DNA from: Ginkgo biloba
Lineage: Eukaryota; Plantae; Ginkgophyta
DNA: 23,464 bases
Assembly: GCA_024626585.2 (NCBI GenBank)
Contig: JANKJI020000004.1
Span: 27,832,988-27,856,451, forward strand
Direction of reading: 5' to 3'
In this document: piece by piece, positions 20,451-23,464 of the stretch
Layout: every line of letters begins with the position of its first letter
How positions within the stretch are numbered: the first letter of the stretch is position 1
Position numbers and translations under genes: made by a program
The notes under the pieces: model-generated
Told to the model about the DNA's origin: nothing
Seen by the model: only the letters and a program-made list of their open reading frames with translations
Databases searched by the model: none

Positions 20451-22382
20451 CATTATTGTTTCGAGATTTGTTTTGTAGGAGTAGGAGTGCTACAATTACC
20501 TTCTTATTAAACAAACAATAAAATAAAAAAACCACTTCAAGCATTGTTAACTTGTTTAGCAGAAGCATAGCATTCCATGTCGCTGATGGGCTTATCATTC
20601 GACTCATTCTTATCTAGGTGATAGAGGAAGTTGGTAGGAACAACAAGAGATTGTNNNNNNNNNNNNNNNNNNNNNNNNNNNNNNNNNNNNNNNNNNNNNN
20701 NNNNNNNNNNNNNNNNNNNNNNNNNNNNNNNNNNNNNNNNNNNNNNNNNNNNNNNNNNNNNNNNNNNNNNNNNNNNNNNNNNNNNNNNNNNNNNNNNNNN
20801 NNNNNNNNNNNNNNNNNNNNNNNNNNNNNNNNNNNNNNNNNNNNNNNNNNNNNNNNNNNNNNNNNNNNNNNNNNNNNNNNNNNNNNNNNNNNNNNNNNNN
20901 NNNNNNNNNNNNNNNNNNNNNNNNNNNNNNNNNNNNNNNNNNNNNNNNNNNNNNNNNNNNNNNNNNNNNNNNNNNNNNNNNNNNNNNNNNNNNNNNNNNN
21001 NNNNNNNNNNNNNNNNNNNNNNNNNNNNNNNNNNNNNNNNNNNNNNNNNNNNNNNNNNNNNNNNNNNNNNNNNNNNNNNNNNNNNNNNNNNNNNNNNNNN
21101 NNNNNNNNNNNNNNNNNNNNNNNNNNNNNNNNNNNNNNNNNNNNNNNNNNNNNNNNNNNNNNNNNNNNNNNNNNNNNNNNNNNNNNNNNNNNNNNNNNNN
21201 NNNNNNNNNNNNNNNNNNNNNNNNNNNNNNNNNNNNNNNNNNNNNNNNNNNNNNNNNNNNNNNNNNNNNNNNNNNNNNNNNNNNNNNNNNNNAATTAGAC
21301 ATATTTACAATGAATAGACTCCATAAACATTTATATTGCATTTCAACCAAGGTTATCTTTTGAAAGCTAGGAAGGAATAATTCCAAGTGCATGCATGAGG
21401 GAAAGTATTTAACTCTTCAACTTCTCTAAGACTATATTCATTGTTAACCAAATAAGTGAACATTTTTTTAGTTTCTTGGTAGACATTGGGTAGTTAAGGT
21501 GAGTAGGGTTATTATATATTGATTTGAGTATTTATGTGTTGATTTTATTACAAAAGATAACAAAAATATCAACCTACCAAAGAGGCATGGTGTTTGTGAG
21601 ATGCCCCAAGTTACCAGGTGTTAATACAATATCATCTGGTCAACTTGACTAGTTGTAAATTTAAGTGTAATATAAATATTTGACTTTAATTTGATTATAG
21701 AAATATAAAATATTTTTCTAAAATCCTAATTCTTCTTATAATTATTTCCTTTAAAAGAGATACTAAGAATGCATAATATTTTCTTTTAAACATACATTTA
21801 CTTAATGTGTTGTTTAGCTAAATCATGTGTTTATTTTCTCTAAATTATATGACTAAATATAATGAAATTTTAAGCATTATAAGTTACAATAAACTTGACA
21901 AAGAGATAATGCACCTTATTTTCCCCCTACCTAATTCCTTAATACATGAATGCAATTTCACTCATAGAAAGATAAGAAACAAGAAAGAGTAAGAAATCCA
22001 AATTATAATCCATCATATGAAATGTTCAAGTTTGATCGCCGATGGTAGATGTTTGGAGGTGGATGAAAAAAGGATCTAGAAGGCTATGAGAGATCACTAG
22101 GCTTCAAAGAGTCTATGGAAAATTATGGGAGCAAGTTAGTCGATGGTTGCAATAATATTGGTCGCAGCAAGATCATCGCCTGTTACAACAAGTATTTGTT
22201 GATCATCAACACCAAGCAAACGACTAATGAAACTTCTCTAGTAATGAAGCAATGATTGGTAATTGTTAATGGCAACCAACCAATTAAGGAATGATGTTGT
22301 CATGAAGAGTTACATTGTAATTATGACGTAATATGTCTCTATGAAAGGTTGCATCTCTTAAGGCATATCTATCTCTTGTAAT

Positions 22383-22402
22383 TGTGTGTGTGTGTGTGTG
22401 TG
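22383..22402. repeat. (TG)10 microsatellite followed by (TA)3
   Basis: Directly visible. Confidence 0.95.
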
Positions 22403-23464
22403 TATATATCCATCGAAGGCTATTTACAAGTCAATCATTCATATTCGATTAATATATTAAGTATTTCTATCTAGACTACAACCTTGACATTTGTCAAGGA
22501 TACTCGATATAATGGTGAGAGCATTATACCTAAAATTCTCACTATCTCTTAAGAGTCTTGATCACATGATATCCATTATATTTTGTGTATGCATCATGCA
22601 TCTTACTCTTTGAACATTCACCATAATTTGCTAGTACTTGCACCATTTATTAGCAAACATATAGGTTACCAAGCATCACCTTGTGTGTTAAGAAGTGATA
22701 GACTCTTATTTAAATTACCTTAATCCACATAGTTATCTAAGAAGTTTACCTTGATAGATTGGAGTCCCATAAGAAGTTTTTGATTGGATTGTTGCCTTGA
22801 TCCACACAACTAACATTAATTAACCTTTCGAAGTGATTACCTTATTCAAATTAACTCAAGGCACAAAGAGTAGAGGCAACAAATCCATTGTTCTCTAAGA
22901 ATATGGTGGTCAATCTCAACTCTCAACTAACATAAGCCAACTCTGATTAGGCCAATGGGAAATCTCAAGTCATGCGAGCAATATCATTTAAGGTAGCCCA
23001 AAAGTACAATGACACCATAAAAAAATTGCATTTAATGCTAACAATAAAATCTCAACTTGGAACTGTGTTCTGGGAGTTGAATCCATGTGGCCTTGTTGTA
23101 GAGCATATAGATATCTCTACAAGGAGACTTATTAATCTCCTTGAAAAAAATGAGATTAGGAGCATTCAATCAAAACCCATACCGTGATAACCAATCTATA
23201 GAAATGCCATTGGATTAGAAGAATATGGAAGCCTCAAGGTATTAGTAATGATTTTGAATTGATTGGTCCAACATGGATAATATTTGAGATGAACAAAGAA
23301 CAAGATAGGGATACATGTCTCTCCCATCATTTCCTATGCAAGAAAGAAAAGAGTCTAAACATGGCCTTGAGACAAAGTGTGATGAACTATCACGATGAAA
23401 TACATGTATATTAATGTATTCTTACTTTAGAAGTCTTTTCTTTAGTTTAGTTCATCAAATTGTA

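Noticed and set aside
20610-21392. ORFs of 226-260 aa
   Set aside because: Almost entirely N gap.
22972-23187. 71-aa ORF
   Set aside because: No recognisable motif; likely TE debris.

Overview
Gapped draft-assembly eukaryotic DNA (many N runs, several exactly 100 N), AT-rich, CpG-depleted and packed with decayed LTR retrotransposons. It most resembles a large-genome land plant (gymnosperm/fern-like; inference). One convincing spliced gene lies on the minus strand: exons ~14424-14240, 8604-8294 and 8201-8071, with phase-consistent GT-AG introns of 5635 bp (including Ns) and 92 bp, giving ~208 aa. It resembles the uncharacterised plant family with motifs EVES / W..R..I.WRC.W.EL..KELQSQA.KYD / HPL.S.YE. 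Its central helix and a downstream 'STARVAPL' motif resemble, from my recollection of the human sequence, the conserved helix and WDR5-binding WIN motif of animal KANSL1/NSL1; this is the most interesting signal here. The rest is nested or decayed retroelements: a short LTR element with TSD at 116-2006, gag remnants, a tRNA-iMet PBS, a retropepsin pseudogene, a CpG-rich tandem duplication inside the long intron, and small repeats. No RNA genes or CRISPR arrays are supported.
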